The notes under the pieces were generated by a model, which was not told where the DNA came from, ran no database searches, and saw only the letters and a list, made by a program, of their open reading frames with translations. A program made the position numbers and the translations under genes. This document shows positions 23,325 to 24,000 of a DNA stretch of 24,000 nucleotides, piece after piece (position 1 is the first letter of the stretch; each line of letters starts with the position of its first letter). Where the stretch lies: positions 8,509 to 32,508 of the forward strand of contig JAEWKZ010000013.1 in the NCBI GenBank assembly GCA_023393525.1, read 5' to 3'. The stretch is from Pseudomonadota bacterium (GTDB lineage Bacteria > Desulfobacterota > Desulfovibrionia > Desulfovibrionales > Desulfomicrobiaceae).

Positions 23325-24000
23325 CTACATCGCCCCCGGCCCAAACGTGTCGCCCTGGGACAGGTCGCCGGTCTGAAAACCTTTTCTGAACCAGCGCATC
23401 CGTTGTTCCGACGTGCCGTGAGTGAAGCTGTCCGGCATGATGTAGCCTTGCGTCTTTTTTTGGATGGTGTCGTCGCCCACGGCGCTGGCCGCGCCCATGG
23501 CTTCCTCGAAATCTCCCTCGTCGAGCAGGTTCTTGTTCTGGACATGGTGGGCGAAAACCCCGGCCAGGTAGTCGGCCTGCAACTCCAGCTTGACCGACAA
23601 GGCGTTGAACTGCTCCTGGCTGATGCGGGGCCGCAAGGCATGGACCTTTTCCAGGATACCCAGCAGATTCTGGACGTGATGGCCCACCTCATGGGCAATG
23701 ACGTAGGCCATGGCGAAATCGCCCGGCGCCCCGAAGGAGTTGCGCATGACGTCGTAAAAACCGAGATCGAGATAAATCTTACGGTCCAGCGGGCAATAGA
23801 AGGGGCCGGACCCGGCGGAAGCAAATCCGCACCCGGACTGCACGCTGCCGGAATAGATGGTCAGGGTCGGTTCCTCGTAGCTTCGCCCGCTGCGGGCGAA
23901 CAGTTCATTCCAGACATTCTCGGTTTCGCGCAGCACCACCGCCGAGAACTGCCGGAGCTGCTTTTCCTCGGCGCTTTCCTGGTACGAGCCCTGGCTCTGT
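23325..24000 (-). CDS. YpfJ-like neutral zinc metallopeptidase (5' end outside the window)
   Basis: The HExxH motif occurs in YVIAHEVGHHVQNLLG. The frame stays open upstream of the listed GTG (23939) all the way to the window edge (...QSQGSYQESAEEKQLRQFSAVVLRETENVW), so the gene is truncated by the window. Confidence 0.8.
   Translation of the reverse strand, partial: QSQGSYQESAEEKQLRQFSAVVLRETENVWNELFARSGRSYEEPTLTIYSGSVQSGCGFASAGSGPFYCPLDRKIYLDLGFYDVMRNSFGAPGDFAMAYVIAHEVGHHVQNLLGILEKVHALRPRISQEQFNALSVKLELQADYLAGVFAHHVQNKNLLDEGDFEEAMGAASAVGDDTIQKKTQGYIMPDSFTHGTSEQRMRWFRKGFQTGDLSQGDTFGPGAM

Noticed and set aside
10587-23824. Further shadow ORFs (10587-11279 -, 11616-12656 +, 14516-15235 -, 15613-16254 -, 15642-16370 +, 16340-17299 -, 17784-18641 -, 18553-19626 -, 19960-21765 +, 22301-23188 +, 23246-23824 -)
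   Set aside because: For the same reason: low-complexity composition, no motifs, and complete overlap with well-supported genes.
1-24000. Scan for CRISPR arrays, tRNA/rRNA genes, IS elements/transposases, integrases, phage genes or known defence-system genes
   Set aside because: I found no regularly spaced direct repeats, no tRNA T-loop/acceptor signatures in the intergenic regions, and no ORF with transposase, integrase or nuclease-helicase defence hallmarks. The window reads as core chromosome rather than an accessory island.

Overview
This window looks like ordinary chromosomal DNA from a high-GC sulfate-reducer-like bacterium. The Desulfovibrionaceae-type assignment is my inference from GC content, sigma-54 signalling, an HdrD-like Fe-S protein and an amphi-Trp-like small protein. 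I find no CRISPR array, tRNA/rRNA, transposase/integrase or recognisable defence island.

Gene order:
- 3' end of an unknown gene
- NarL/LuxR-type response regulator and a Rec-Hpt phosphotransfer protein (+ strand)
- a 770-aa fusion of cysteine synthase with a degenerate cysteinyl-tRNA-synthetase-like module (-)
- a stand-alone HdrD-like CCG-domain Fe-S protein (-)
- carbon-nitrogen hydrolase (+)
- a sigma-54 two-component pair, histidine kinase plus NtrC-type regulator (-)
- small MazG-like NTP pyrophosphohydrolase (+)
- a ZraP/Spy/CpxP-family periplasmic protein behind a clear sigma-54 promoter (+)
- YgiQ radical SAM protein (+)
- IHF-beta/HU-like protein (+)
- a tightly overlapping seven-gene cluster pdxK-like, Cof-type HAD, mlaE, mlaF, mlaD, mlaC, mlaA (+)
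- small amphi-Trp-like protein (+)
- BCCT transporter (-)
- class-I flavoprotein disulfide reductase (-)
- 3' part of a YpfJ-like zinc metallopeptidase running off the window (-)

The two observations most worth follow-up:
1. The CysK::pseudo-CysRS fusion. The HIGH, KMSKS and zinc-ligand positions appear replaced, while the anticodon-binding-like region is retained.
2. An MlaF ABC ATPase with a C-terminal degenerate GGDEF-like domain, in an mla cluster with no MlaB/STAS gene.

All family calls come from motifs read in the supplied translations and from recalled consensus sequences. No database search was run.
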